DNA from: an uncultured Candidatus Binatia bacterium
Lineage (GTDB): Bacteria; Desulfobacterota; Binatia; UBA9968; JAJDTQ01
Length of the DNA stretch: 64,000 nt
Assembly (NCBI GenBank): GCA_964291295.2
Contig: OZ219754.1
Location: 3,040,001-3,104,000 of the forward strand
Direction: 5' to 3'
Shown here: piece by piece, positions 9,572 through 19,212 of the stretch
How the letters are laid out: each line of letters starts with the position of its first letter
Numbering within the stretch: the stretch's first letter is position 1
Position numbers and translations under genes: made by a program
Notes under the pieces: model-generated
What the model saw: only the letters and a program-made list of their open reading frames with translations
What the model was told of the DNA's origin: nothing
Databases searched by the model: none

Positions 9572-12397
9572 ATGAAAGACGAAATGCAACCGCTGAGCCC
9601 CGACGCCGCCAACCTCGAGCCGCCCCGGGGCGGACTCCGGAGCTTTCCGCCGCGGGAACGCTGGTCGGACTGGACCGAATACGACGCCGCCGCCTGGCCC
9701 AGAAAGGTGGAGCGGCGCTACGACCTCGTCCCCACCATCTGCTTCAACTGCGAGGCGGCCTGCGGACTGCTGGCCTACGTGGACAAGGAGACGTTGAAGA
9801 TACGCAAGTTCGAAGGCAACCCGGAGCATCCCGGAAGCCGCGGCCGGAACTGCGCCAAGGGACCCGCCACCCTCAACCAGGTGTACGACCCCGAACGCGT
9901 CCTCTACCCCATGAAACGGGTGGGCCGACGCGGCGGCGGCCAGTGGGAGCGGGTGACCTGGGACGAGGCGCTGGACGACCTGGCCGGACGGATACGCACG
10001 GCCATCAAGGAAGAGCGCCGCAACGAGATCATGTACCACGTGGGACGCCCCGGCCACGAGTTGCTCTATCACCAGCGCATCATGCACGCCTGGGGCATCG
10101 ACGCCCACAACAGCCACACCAACGTCTGCTCCGCCGGCGCCCGGACCGGCTACGCCTTCTGGTGCGGCATCGACCGCCCCTCGCCCGACCACGCCAACGC
10201 GCGCTTCATGCTGCTGCTGAGTTCGCACCTGGAGACGGGCCACTACTTCAACCCCCACGCCCAGCGAATCATCGAGGCCAAGGAGCGGGGCGCCAAGGTA
10301 TGCGTCATCGACACGCGGCTGTCCAACACCGCGTCCAAGGCCGACTACTGGATGCCGACCTGGCCCGGCACCGAAGCCGCGGTGCTGCTGGCCATCTGCA
10401 ACGTGCTGCTGCAGGAGGGCCTTTACGACCGGGAGTTCGTGCGGCGGTGGGTCAACTGGGAGCAGTTCCTGCGCCAGGAGCACCCGGACGCGCCGCAGAC
10501 ATTCGAACGGTTCGAGGAGGCGCTGAAGAGCCTTTACGGCCAGTACACGCCGGAGTTCGCCGCGGACGAGTCCGGCGTGGACGCGGCCATGATCGTGGAC
10601 GTGGCCCATGAAGTGGCGCGTGCCGGCTCGGCCCTGGCCACCCACGTGTGGCGCAACGCGGCCGCCGGCAACCTGGGCGGCTGGGAGGTGGCCCGGGCGC
10701 TGGAATTTCTGGTGGTGCTGATGGGCGCCGTGGGCACTCCGGGCGGCACCACCCCCAACGCCTGGAACAAGTTCATCCCGGCACCGCCGATGATGCCGCC
10801 TCCCGCCAAGGAGTGGAACACGCTCATGTACCCGCCGGAATATCCGCTGGCCTTCTTCGAGATGAGCTTTCTGCTGCCCCATCTCGTGAAGGAGGGCCGG
10901 GGCAAGCTGGCAGTGTACTTCACCCGGGTCTACAACCCGGTGTGGACCAACCCGGACGGCATGAGCTGGATCGAGATGCTGAGCGACGAGAGCAAGGTGG
11001 AGCGCCACGCGTGCCTCACGCCCACCTGGAGCGAGACCGCCTGGTTCTCGGACTATGTGCTGCCCATGGGCCTGGCCTCCGAACGCCACGATCTCATGAG
11101 CCAGGAAACCCACTCGGCGCGCTGGATCGGATTCCGCCAGCCGGTGTTGCGGGTGGCGCTCGAACGGCAGGGCAAGAGCTTCGACACCACTTGGGAGGCG
11201 CACCGGGAGGCCGGCCTCGGAGAGGTGTGGGAAGAGGACGAGTTCTGGATCGAGCTTTCCTGGCGCATCGACCCCGACGGCACCCTGGGGATCCGGAAAT
11301 ACTTCGAGTCGCCGTACCGTGCCGGCGAAAAGCTCACGGTGTCGGAATACTACCGGTGGATGTTCGAGAACAGCGTGCCCGGACTGCCGGAAGCCGCCGC
11401 CAGAGAGGGAGTCCCGCCGCTGGAATACATGCGCAAGTACGGCGCATTCCTGGTGGCCGAGAACATCTACAGCAGCCACGCCACCGAGATCGAGGAGGCG
11501 GCGATGGCCGAGGCCGCGGTGGACCCGGTCACCAAGGTGGTCTCAAGGGGCGGCGCGGTGATCGGAGTCGAGGTGGACGGCAAGGGCTACACCGGCTTTC
11601 CAACCCCCTCGCGCAAGCTCGAGTTCTATTCCGAGACCCTGAAGGACTGGAAGTGGCCCGAGCACCGGTACCCGGGATACATCAAGAGCCACGTCCACCG
11701 TTCCAACATCGACGCCGCCAAAGGCGAGATGCTGCTCCTCCCCACGTTCCGGCTGCCCACCCTGATCCACAGCCGCTCGGCCAATGCCAAGTGGCTCTAC
11801 GAGATCTCGCACCGGAACCCCGTATGGCTGCATCCCGAGGATGCCCGGCGGCTCGAGGTCGACACCGGCGACCTGGTCAAGGTCCATACCGAGATCGGCT
11901 ACTTCGTGGACCGGGTGTGGGTCACCGAGGGGATCCGCCCCGGGGTGGTGGCGTGCTCGCACCACCTGGGGCGGTGGCGTCTGAAGGAGGAGACCGGCGG
12001 CGGCCGCTTCGCCACCGCCCTGGTGAGCCTGGAACAGGTGGAGCCCGGCCAGTGGCGGATGCGCCAGCTCCACGGCATCCGGCCCTTCGAGAGCACCGAC
12101 AAGGACTCCGGGCGGGTGTGGTGGCAGGACGCCGGGGTGCACCAGAACCTGACCTTTCCGGTGCAGCCGGACAACGTCAGCGGACAACACTGCTGGCACC
12201 AGAAGGTCCGGGTGGAAAAGCCCGGAACCGACGACCGCTACGGCGACATCTTCGTGGACACCCAAAAGTCCCACGAGGTCTACAAGCGCTGGCTCACGCT
12301 GACGCGGCCGGCCCCGGGACCGGGAAACCTGCGCCGGCCGTTGTGGCTCCCGCGCGCCTACAAGCCGGCGCCGGAAGCATACGGCTTCAAGCCGTGA
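9572..12397 (+). CDS. Molybdopterin (bis-MGD) oxidoreductase catalytic subunit, DMSO-reductase superfamily, substrate unknown
   Basis: CFNCEAAC...NCAKG Fe-S motif, RVLYPMKR, ETAWFSDYVLP, C-terminal NPVWLHPEDA...GIRPGVV; no twin-arginine signal seen. Confidence 0.88.
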   Translation: MKDEMQPLSPDAANLEPPRGGLRSFPPRERWSDWTEYDAAAWPRKVERRYDLVPTICFNCEAACGLLAYVDKETLKIRKFEGNPEHPGSRGRNCAKGPATLNQVYDPERVLYPMKRVGRRGGGQWERVTWDEALDDLAGRIRTAIKEERRNEIMYHVGRPGHELLYHQRIMHAWGIDAHNSHTNVCSAGARTGYAFWCGIDRPSPDHANARFMLLLSSHLETGHYFNPHAQRIIEAKERGAKVCVIDTRLSNTASKADYWMPTWPGTEAAVLLAICNVLLQEGLYDREFVRRWVNWEQFLRQEHPDAPQTFERFEEALKSLYGQYTPEFAADESGVDAAMIVDVAHEVARAGSALATHVWRNAAAGNLGGWEVARALEFLVVLMGAVGTPGGTTPNAWNKFIPAPPMMPPPAKEWNTLMYPPEYPLAFFEMSFLLPHLVKEGRGKLAVYFTRVYNPVWTNPDGMSWIEMLSDESKVERHACLTPTWSETAWFSDYVLPMGLASERHDLMSQETHSARWIGFRQPVLRVALERQGKSFDTTWEAHREAGLGEVWEEDEFWIELSWRIDPDGTLGIRKYFESPYRAGEKLTVSEYYRWMFENSVPGLPEAAAREGVPPLEYMRKYGAFLVAENIYSSHATEIEEAAMAEAAVDPVTKVVSRGGAVIGVEVDGKGYTGFPTPSRKLEFYSETLKDWKWPEHRYPGYIKSHVHRSNIDAAKGEMLLLPTFRLPTLIHSRSANAKWLYEISHRNPVWLHPEDARRLEVDTGDLVKVHTEIGYFVDRVWVTEGIRPGVVACSHHLGRWRLKEETGGGRFATALVSLEQVEPGQWRMRQLHGIRPFESTDKDSGRVWWQDAGVHQNLTFPVQPDNVSGQHCWHQKVRVEKPGTDDRYGDIFVDTQKSHEVYKRWLTLTRPAPGPGNLRRPLWLPRAYKPAPEAYGFKP

Positions 12398-12561
12398 CCC
12401 TGCCCGCACCCCGCTTCAAGCGTAACCATCCGGGATATCAGACTTTCGCCTTGACAGTCCAGGCGGTTAACGGTTAAGAACCTCGGCTTTGGGGGGCACC
12501 GGCCGATTCCTTCCGATGGCACGCCCGACCCCCTCTGAGAATCAGCACCCAGGAGCAAGAC

Positions 12562-14052
12562 GTGTTTGAAGCAATGGCCGATGGCCTGACGGCGTTGTTG
12601 AGCGTCGAACGGTTTCTGTTCATGACTTTCGGGGTCGTTGTGGGAATGGCACTGGGGGCCATTCCCGGCCTCGGAGGCGTCGTCGGGCTCGCCCTGCTGC
12701 TGCCTTTCACCTTCGACATGGACCCCACCGCGGCCATTGCCATGCTGGTGGCTCTCTCCTCGGTGCCGGTCACCACCGACACGATCCCCTCGGTGCTCTT
12801 CGCCGTCCCCGGAACCGTCGGCTCCCAGGCCACCATCCTGGACGGACACCCCATGGCGCGGAAGGGCGAAGCCGGGCGGGCCTTCGGAGCCGCGTACTGC
12901 TCATCCCTGCTGGGCGGCGTCGTCGGCGCCATCATCCTGGGCATGCTCATTCCCGTGCTCAAGCCGCTGGTGCTGCTGTTCGCCGCCCCCGAGCTCTTCT
13001 CCTTGGGCATCATGGGCATCTCCATGGTCGCGATCCTGAGCGGACGCGTGCCTCTCAAGGGCATCATCGCCGGCGGCATGGGGCTGTTGCTGTCCATGAT
13101 CGGCATCGACAAGCAGGAGGGGCTGCTGCGCTGGACCTTCGATTCACTGTACCTGTTCGACGGCCTGAACATCATCGTGGTCAGCCTGGGGCTCTTCGCC
13201 CTGCCCGAACTGGCGGACATGGTCATCGAAGGCAAGCAGATCAGCAGTGTGCCCAAACAGGCCATGAAGGGCGTGGGGCACGGCATACGGGACGTGTTCA
13301 CCCAATGGTGGCTGATGCTTCGCTGCGCCTTTCTGGGCACCTGGGTCGGCATCATTCCCGGCCTGGGTTCGGCGGTGGTGGACTGGTTGGCCTACGGTCA
13401 CGCCAAGTCCACCTGCAAGGACGGGGCTCTCACCTTCGGCACCGGCGACGTGCGCGGCGTCATTGCCCCCGAGAGCGCCAACAACGCCAAGCAGGGCGGC
13501 GCGCTGGTGCCCACGCTGGCCTTCGGCATTCCCGGCAGCGCCTCCATGGCGCTCCTCATCGGTGCCTTCATGATCCACGGGCTGCAGCCGGGACCGGCGA
13601 TGCTGAACCAGCACCTGGACATCACCTACTCCATCGTCTGGAGCACGGCCATCGCCAACGTCATGGCCACGGTCATCGCGCTGTGCTTCACCAATCAACT
13701 CGCCAAGATCTCGTCGGTGCGCATCAACATCCTGGCGCCGCTGGTGACGGTGGTGGTGTTCCTGGCCGCCTACCAGGCCACCGCAAGCATCTTCGACCTG
13801 GTGACGGTGCTGCTCTTCGGAGTGCTCGGGTGGGTCATGAAGCGTTGCGGTTGGCCCCGGCCGCCGCTGCTGCTGGGGTTCCTGCTGGGCGGGCTCATCG
13901 AACGCTACCTCTTCATCTCGGTGCGCGCCTACGGTGCCGCCTTCCTGGTCCGGCCGCTGGTCCTGGTGGTGCTCGCGGTCACCATCGCGACCATCTATTA
14001 CAGCGTCCGGCAGGAACGCAAGGTCCGGCGACTCGCGGGAGAGGAAGCATAG
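12562..14052 (+). CDS. tctA: Tripartite tricarboxylate transporter permease TctA
   Basis: GAIPGLG, TILDGHPMARKG, GVIAPESANNA, PTLAFGIPGS motifs. Confidence 0.93.
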   Translation: MFEAMADGLTALLSVERFLFMTFGVVVGMALGAIPGLGGVVGLALLLPFTFDMDPTAAIAMLVALSSVPVTTDTIPSVLFAVPGTVGSQATILDGHPMARKGEAGRAFGAAYCSSLLGGVVGAIILGMLIPVLKPLVLLFAAPELFSLGIMGISMVAILSGRVPLKGIIAGGMGLLLSMIGIDKQEGLLRWTFDSLYLFDGLNIIVVSLGLFALPELADMVIEGKQISSVPKQAMKGVGHGIRDVFTQWWLMLRCAFLGTWVGIIPGLGSAVVDWLAYGHAKSTCKDGALTFGTGDVRGVIAPESANNAKQGGALVPTLAFGIPGSASMALLIGAFMIHGLQPGPAMLNQHLDITYSIVWSTAIANVMATVIALCFTNQLAKISSVRINILAPLVTVVVFLAAYQATASIFDLVTVLLFGVLGWVMKRCGWPRPPLLLGFLLGGLIERYLFISVRAYGAAFLVRPLVLVVLAVTIATIYYSVRQERKVRRLAGEEA

Positions 14053-14054
14053 CC

Positions 14055-14570
14055 ATGCGCCTCTCGCCTTCCCTGCTGTTCACGCTGTTTGTCGCCGTGG
14101 TCGCCGCCGGCATGGTCTACGGCGCCAAGGACTGGCCGCTGGGGACCGGCCTGTTCCCCAGGTTCGTGGGCATCCCGGTGCTGGTGATGTCGTTGATACA
14201 ACTGATCATGGACGCCTACCGTACCATGAAGACCGCCGGCGGCCAGCAGCGTGAAACCGGCGACCTTCAGGTGGACTGGACCATGTCCACGGCCGAGGTG
14301 GCGGCCCGGGGCCTGGCGTTTGCCGGGTGGCTCCTGGGCATGTTCCTGGGCATCCTGCTGCTGGGCTTCTTCATCACGGTACCGGTTTTCACCCTGCTGT
14401 ACCTCCGGTATCAGGCCAGGGAAGGCTGGCCGCTGACCTTGTGGCTGACCGCCGGCATGCTGGTGTTCTTCGTCGGCGTGTTCGACCAGATCCTGCTCAT
14501 CCACTGGCTGGAGCCCATCCTTTCCGGTCCCGAGAATTTTCTCAAGAGCCTCATGCCCTGGCTGGGCTGA
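14055..14570 (+). CDS. tctB: Tripartite tricarboxylate transporter small subunit TctB
   Basis: 171-aa multi-TM protein with an LFP motif, directly after tctA (C-terminal part of ORF 13305..14570). Confidence 0.75.
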   Translation: MRLSPSLLFTLFVAVVAAGMVYGAKDWPLGTGLFPRFVGIPVLVMSLIQLIMDAYRTMKTAGGQQRETGDLQVDWTMSTAEVAARGLAFAGWLLGMFLGILLLGFFITVPVFTLLYLRYQAREGWPLTLWLTAGMLVFFVGVFDQILLIHWLEPILSGPENFLKSLMPWLG

Positions 14571-14575
14571 TGCAA

Positions 14576-14613
14576 GAAGGGCGCCGGGGACTTCCCGATC
14601 CCCGGCGCCCTTC
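14576..14613. terminator. GC-rich hairpin between convergent tctB and tctC
   Basis: GAAGGGCGCCGGGGA / TCCCCGGCGCCCTTC perfect 15-bp inverted repeat with an 8-nt loop. Confidence 0.65.
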
Positions 14614-14643
14614 CCCGCGGCACCCGTCGTCTGACGACAGTTG

Positions 14644-15684
14644 CTACTTCTTGCCCTTGGGGTTGAATATCTGCGCCACGATGGCCTTGTCTTCCGGCGA
14701 GGCGGCCAGCGAATCCCTCCACATCTTCTGCAGGTCCGCGCCGTTGGTGGGCCGGACCGGGCGCTTGAGCTTCGCGGCTTCGGCCAGGAACTTCGGATCT
14801 TTCATGGTCGCATCGAAGGCACGGCGCATGAGCGCGACGCGCTCTTCCGGGACGCCGGGCGGCATGGCGTAAGGACGTCCGTAGCGCGACAGCAGAAAAG
14901 TGGCCCGCACCAGATTCTTCTGCTTCTCGGTCCTGGCCATGGATTCGAGCAAAGGCGCGTCGGAAAACTCGGGACTCTTCCTGCCGTCCACCGTACCGGT
15001 CTGAGCGAGCATGACGATCTCTCCCGCCTTCCACATGTCCCCGAGCTGGTCCATGAACGAGGAGGCCACATTGCCCGATACGTCCACCTCGCCCTGCCGG
15101 AGGGCGAGACTGTACTGGCGGGCGCCGGGATAGCCGAAAACGTACTCGAACAGGCTCTCACCGCGCAGCTTCTCCAGAATGTTGCCGAGCACGAATCCGC
15201 TGGACTGGTTTCCGCTGATGCCGACCCTGGCGCGCTTCCCCGACTTCGCGATATCGTCCAGCGACTTGAAACGGTCCTTGCGGCTGTAGAGCAGCCCGTT
15301 CTCGATGACGATCACGCCGATGGCCCGTATCTTGTTGAAGTCGAACTGACCGCCGCGGCTCTTGTCGCCCACCACCTGCCAGTTCCACACGCCCCAGTTG
15401 ATCTGCTCCATGACGGTGCCGTCGCGCCTCGCCTTGTTGGCAAGGTAACTCGCCGCCCGCACGCCGCCCGCTCCCGGCATGTTCTGCACGATAAGGGTCG
15501 GATTGCCGGGGATGTGCCTGCCGATATGGCGCGCCAGCAGCCGCGAGTAGGTGTCGTTGCCGCCACCGGGCGACGACGAGACGATCAGCCGAATCTTCTT
15601 GCCCTGGTAGAAGTCTGCCGCCCCCGCCGAGCCCGCTGCGAACAGGAAAAGCACGAGCGTTGCCAAAACCGATACTGCCCTCAT
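14644..15684 (-). CDS. tctC: TctC/Bug family substrate-binding protein
   Basis: Signal peptide, then ADFYQGKKIRLIVSSSPGGGNDTYSR, VQNMPGAGG, PPGVP; GGAGG RBS. Confidence 0.9.
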   Translation of the reverse strand: MRAVSVLATLVLFLFAAGSAGAADFYQGKKIRLIVSSSPGGGNDTYSRLLARHIGRHIPGNPTLIVQNMPGAGGVRAASYLANKARRDGTVMEQINWGVWNWQVVGDKSRGGQFDFNKIRAIGVIVIENGLLYSRKDRFKSLDDIAKSGKRARVGISGNQSSGFVLGNILEKLRGESLFEYVFGYPGARQYSLALRQGEVDVSGNVASSFMDQLGDMWKAGEIVMLAQTGTVDGRKSPEFSDAPLLESMARTEKQKNLVRATFLLSRYGRPYAMPPGVPEERVALMRRAFDATMKDPKFLAEAAKLKRPVRPTNGADLQKMWRDSLAASPEDKAIVAQIFNPKGKK

Positions 15685-15806
15685 GGTTACCTCCAGATTT
15701 TTCCGAGGCCCGGCGTCTCGCGATCCCGCGAGGGCCGCCCGGGCTGGTGACCGGACCTTCGCCCGGACGTCCTCGCAGAATCCGGGCATGCCGTTGTGAG
15801 CCGGGC

Positions 15807-15836
15807 ATTATAGGGAGCCGCCCGCGACCCTGTCAA
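15807..15836 (-). promoter_or_regulatory. Sigma70-type promoter for the 14644-15684 tctC
   Basis: Minus strand TTGACA-N18-TATAAT (consensus hexamers). Confidence 0.7.
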
Positions 15837-15854
15837 CAAGCGCGCCGGAGGCGC

Positions 15855-15895
15855 GAAAAGGAAGGCGCCGGGAACTTCCGCTCCCGGCGCCTTCC
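15855..15895 (-). terminator. Rho-independent terminator after the 15925-16992 tctC
   Basis: 14-bp inverted repeat GGAAGGCGCCGGGA/TCCCGGCGCCTTCC followed by TTTT on the minus strand. Confidence 0.7.
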
Positions 15896-15924
15896 GCCAA
15901 TCCCATCTCGGCCGAAGTCACGAC

Positions 15925-16992
15925 TTACTTCTTGCCGAAGATCTCCTTGATGATGGCCTTGTTCTCCGGCGGCGCGTCAAGGACATCCTTCCAGAGCTTC
16001 TGGAGCTGCACGCCGGTGGACGGAATAATCACGCGCTTGATCCGCTTGGCTTCCGAGAGAAACTTCGGATCGTTCATGGTGGCGGTAAAGGCCTTGCGCA
16101 TGATCTCGATCCTGTCTCCGGGCACACCCGGGGGCAGCGAGTAGGGCCGGCCGTAGTGGGTCAGCAGGAACGTCGCCTTGATCAGTTCGCGGTCCGCATC
16201 GCTCCGGGCGTACTCCAGCAGCGTGGGGGTGTCCGGAAATTCCTTGGTCCTGCCCCCTTCGGGCGTGGGCGCCTGGGCCAGCATCGCGACCTTGCCGTCG
16301 TCCCACATGTCCCCGAGCTGATCCCTGAAAGAGCCCGGCGTGTTCCCGGACGACTGCACCTCGCCCTGACGGAAGGCGAGGCTGTACTGCCGCGCACCGG
16401 GATAGCCGAAGACGTAGTCGAAGACCTTCTTCCCCATCATCTTTTCCATCACCTTGCCCATGGTATGACCCAACGACTGAGGGCCGCTGTTGCCGTTGGT
16501 GATGAGACTCCCGGAGGCCATCACGGACTTCCAGTCGGGAAATTCGGACTTGCGGGTGAAGAGCAGGGCGCTTTCGATGGCCGCGACGCCCACGGCGTTC
16601 ATCTTCTTGAAGTCGAAGCGCGCCCGCTTGTCGCCAATGACCTGCCAGAACCACACGCCCCAGTTGATCTGCTCCATCACCGTGCCGTCCCGCTTGGCCT
16701 TGCGGTAGAGGTAGTCCGCCGCCAACAGGCCGCCGGCACCGGGCATGTTCTGCACGATGATGGACGGATTGCCCGGAATGTGCCGGGAGATGTGGCGCGC
16801 GATGAGGCGCGAGTACGTGTCGTTGCCACCGCCCGGACTCGACGACACGATCAGGCGTATCTTCTTGCCCTGGTAGAAATCATCCGCGCCGTGGAGCGGA
16901 CCGGACATCATGACGGCCGGCAACAGCGCCGCCATGGCCACGAACAGTCTCATCGAAAATCTCATCAAGACTCTCCTCGGAAGTCGTCTCAT
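15925..16992 (-). CDS. tctC: TctC/Bug family substrate-binding protein (paralog)
   Basis: Same motifs as its neighbour (DFYQGKKIRLIVSSSPGGGNDTYSR, YVFGYPGARQYSLA); CAGGAGG RBS before ATG 16992. Confidence 0.9.
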   Translation of the reverse strand: MRRLPRRVLMRFSMRLFVAMAALLPAVMMSGPLHGADDFYQGKKIRLIVSSSPGGGNDTYSRLIARHISRHIPGNPSIIVQNMPGAGGLLAADYLYRKAKRDGTVMEQINWGVWFWQVIGDKRARFDFKKMNAVGVAAIESALLFTRKSEFPDWKSVMASGSLITNGNSGPQSLGHTMGKVMEKMMGKKVFDYVFGYPGARQYSLAFRQGEVQSSGNTPGSFRDQLGDMWDDGKVAMLAQAPTPEGGRTKEFPDTPTLLEYARSDADRELIKATFLLTHYGRPYSLPPGVPGDRIEIMRKAFTATMNDPKFLSEAKRIKRVIIPSTGVQLQKLWKDVLDAPPENKAIIKEIFGKK

Positions 16993-17309
16993 CGGAACCT
17001 CCTGACTGGTCTGGTCAATCGCACCGGGAGACTTTATCCACGCAAGTTCAAACATGTCAACCCGAAACCGGCCTCAGCCCGCCGGCCCGGCCTTCGACAT
17101 CCATCACGCCGCCAGCCCGGCTTGACAGCCCCCACCTTTTCCAATAAGCGCCCGTGGGTGACCTTGACACGAGCCGGCCCGGTAAGGAAGAACCCGCATG
17201 GCGAGGCCGTTCGGACGCCGGCAATTCCCCACATCCGGGCGCGCGGGCATCGACAACACCGGTCTCCTTTCCTGCGGGCGGACAGCGCTCACGGCCCCGG
17301 GTGCCGGTA

Positions 17310-18533
17310 ATGGTCCACAACCGCGATCCGTCGATCCGGTCCGCGGCCAGCACCCCTCGGAGATCCACGGACGGCGCCCTCGGGAAACAGGCCCCCGCCA
17401 TTCTGCTGATGGCGGTGATCTTCCTGCTGAACTTCACCGGACGTGTCATCCTGGCGCCCCTGCTGCCAACGGTGGAGGCGGACCTCGGCATCACCCATGC
17501 CCAAGCCGGCCTGTTCTTCCTGTTCCTGTCCGCCGGCTATCTCACCGCCATGACCGGGGCCGGGCATGTCTCGGCCCGCTTGACGCATCACCGGACCATC
17601 GTGCTGTCCTTTGCCCTGCTGGGCCTGTCGGCCCTGGGGGTGGCCCGGTCCTCCACGTTGTCGGGGATGCGCTTCGGGACCCTGGCCATAGGGCTGGGGG
17701 CGGGCCTCTACCTGCCGTCGGCCATCGCCACCATCACCTCCCTGGTCGCCCGGCCGCACTGGGGCCGGGCCATCTCGATCCACGAACTGGCGCCCAACAC
17801 CAGCTTCATCGCGGTGCCCCTGCTGGCGGAGTTGCTGCTCCGAAGCCTGTCATGGCGTTCCATCCTGGCCCATTTCGGATTCGTCACCTTCCTGGCCGCC
17901 GGGCTCTACGCCCTGCTCGGACGCGGCGGCAAGTTCCCGGGCGAGCCTCCCGCCCTGGACGTGATCTGGCGGTTCCTGAAGGATCCCATGCTGTGGGCCG
18001 TCCTGGCGCTCTTCATCATGGGTGTCGCCACTACCCTGGGAGTCTTCACCATGCTTCCCCTCTACCTGGTGTCGGCCCGAGGCCTGGGGGAGAGTTGGGC
18101 CAACACGCTGGTGGGACTCTCGCGCGGCGCCTGTCCGGTGCTGGCCCTGATGGCGGGCTGGGCGGCGGACCGCTTCGGCGTACGCCGGACCCTGTCGATC
18201 ACCCTGGCCCTGAGCGGCGTTACCACCGCGATGGTGGGGTTGGTGCCGGATTCCTGGATGACGTTGGCGGTTTTCATCCAGCCCATGATGGCGGTGGGGT
18301 TCTTTCCGGCGGGTTTTACCGCCCTCTCGGCCCTGGGCGACATGCAGACCCGCGGCACGGCGGTATCCCTGGTGGTGCCAACGGCATTCGTGGTGGGCGG
18401 CGGCGGCGTCCCCTGGTTCCTGGGCCTGTGCGGCGACCTGGGAGCGTTTGACCTGGGCTTCGTCGGGGTCGGGATCTTCACCGTCGCCGGGGCATGGGTG
18501 GCGCTGCGCTACAAGCCCCGGCATACGGCGTGA
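17310..18533 (+). CDS. MFS transporter
   Basis: ~12 hydrophobic segments; GWAADRFGVRR MFS motif; start uncertain. Confidence 0.85.
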   Translation: MVHNRDPSIRSAASTPRRSTDGALGKQAPAILLMAVIFLLNFTGRVILAPLLPTVEADLGITHAQAGLFFLFLSAGYLTAMTGAGHVSARLTHHRTIVLSFALLGLSALGVARSSTLSGMRFGTLAIGLGAGLYLPSAIATITSLVARPHWGRAISIHELAPNTSFIAVPLLAELLLRSLSWRSILAHFGFVTFLAAGLYALLGRGGKFPGEPPALDVIWRFLKDPMLWAVLALFIMGVATTLGVFTMLPLYLVSARGLGESWANTLVGLSRGACPVLALMAGWAADRFGVRRTLSITLALSGVTTAMVGLVPDSWMTLAVFIQPMMAVGFFPAGFTALSALGDMQTRGTAVSLVVPTAFVVGGGGVPWFLGLCGDLGAFDLGFVGVGIFTVAGAWVALRYKPRHTA

Positions 18534-18770
18534 AAGGGCGTGAAAGCGGCCGGTGCGCCGACCGCCGCGCGGCCAGGACAATCCCCGGCCGCGGCATATC
18601 AGAAGGGACCGCGCCCGGATACGCGCGGGAACGCCCGGAAACCGGCACCCCTGACGCCACCGATCAACCCGAGCAAGACGAACTGTTGTCTGCCGCGCCC
18701 CCCTTCGATCCCGACACTTTCGCCAACAGCCGCCGCAGAGTCCGCCAGTCTCTCAATTTCGGCTCGCGGC

Positions 18771-18998
18771 TTACGACTTGTCCTCGAATGCGGAACGCGG
18801 CAGGCCCGATTGTCGCACGATCGACAGCAACGTGCCGGTACGCAGTTCCCGATGATTGGGCACCGGAACCGTCACCGTGCCATCGTGGTCAGTCCTCTGC
18901 ATCGCGATGTGGCTGCCGCGTCTGCGCACCTCAACAAAGCCGTGGGCGGCAAGAACGCGGCAGGCCTCTCGTCCCGACAGGATGCGTAGCCTAGCCAA
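18771..18998 (-). CDS. hicA: Type II TA toxin, HicA family
   Basis: LSGREACRVLAAHGF..RRRGSH...VPVPNHRELRTGTLLSIVRQSGL; TTG start overlapping the hicB stop. Confidence 0.9.
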   Translation of the reverse strand: MARLRILSGREACRVLAAHGFVEVRRRGSHIAMQRTDHDGTVTVPVPNHRELRTGTLLSIVRQSGLPRSAFEDKS

Positions 18999-19212
18999 CC
19001 GCGACGTCAATCTGGGTTACATAGACTTCGCCGCGCAGGCGCCGATCGATTTCCTCGGCGGGCGCGGTCTCGAAGAAAAGCCCGAGTGCCTCGGCAAGGT
19101 TGTCGCGCGCCTCCGACACGCTTTCGCCCTGGCTCGCAACATCCACCTCCGGGCAGAGCGCCACATAACTGTCGCCCTCGCGTTCGACGATCGCCGTCAA
19201 GCGTCTGTTCAT
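18991..19212 (-). CDS. hicB: Type II TA antitoxin, short HicB family
   Basis: TAIVEREGDSYVALCPEVDVASQGESVSEARDNLAEAL; 73 aa, no evident DNA-binding domain. Confidence 0.9.
   Translation of the reverse strand: MNRRLTAIVEREGDSYVALCPEVDVASQGESVSEARDNLAEALGLFFETAPAEEIDRRLRGEVYVTQIDVAVG

Noticed and set aside
7892-11479. Very long antisense and alternate-frame ORFs (e.g. 1195 aa here, 964 aa at 26265-29159, 897 aa at 39305-41998)
   Set aside because: Shadows of real genes caused by high GC3; Arg/Pro/Gly-rich with no recognisable motifs.
9572-12397. Formate dehydrogenase or selenoprotein call
   Set aside because: Lacks the FDH Cys/Sec-His active-site motif and has no in-frame TGA.
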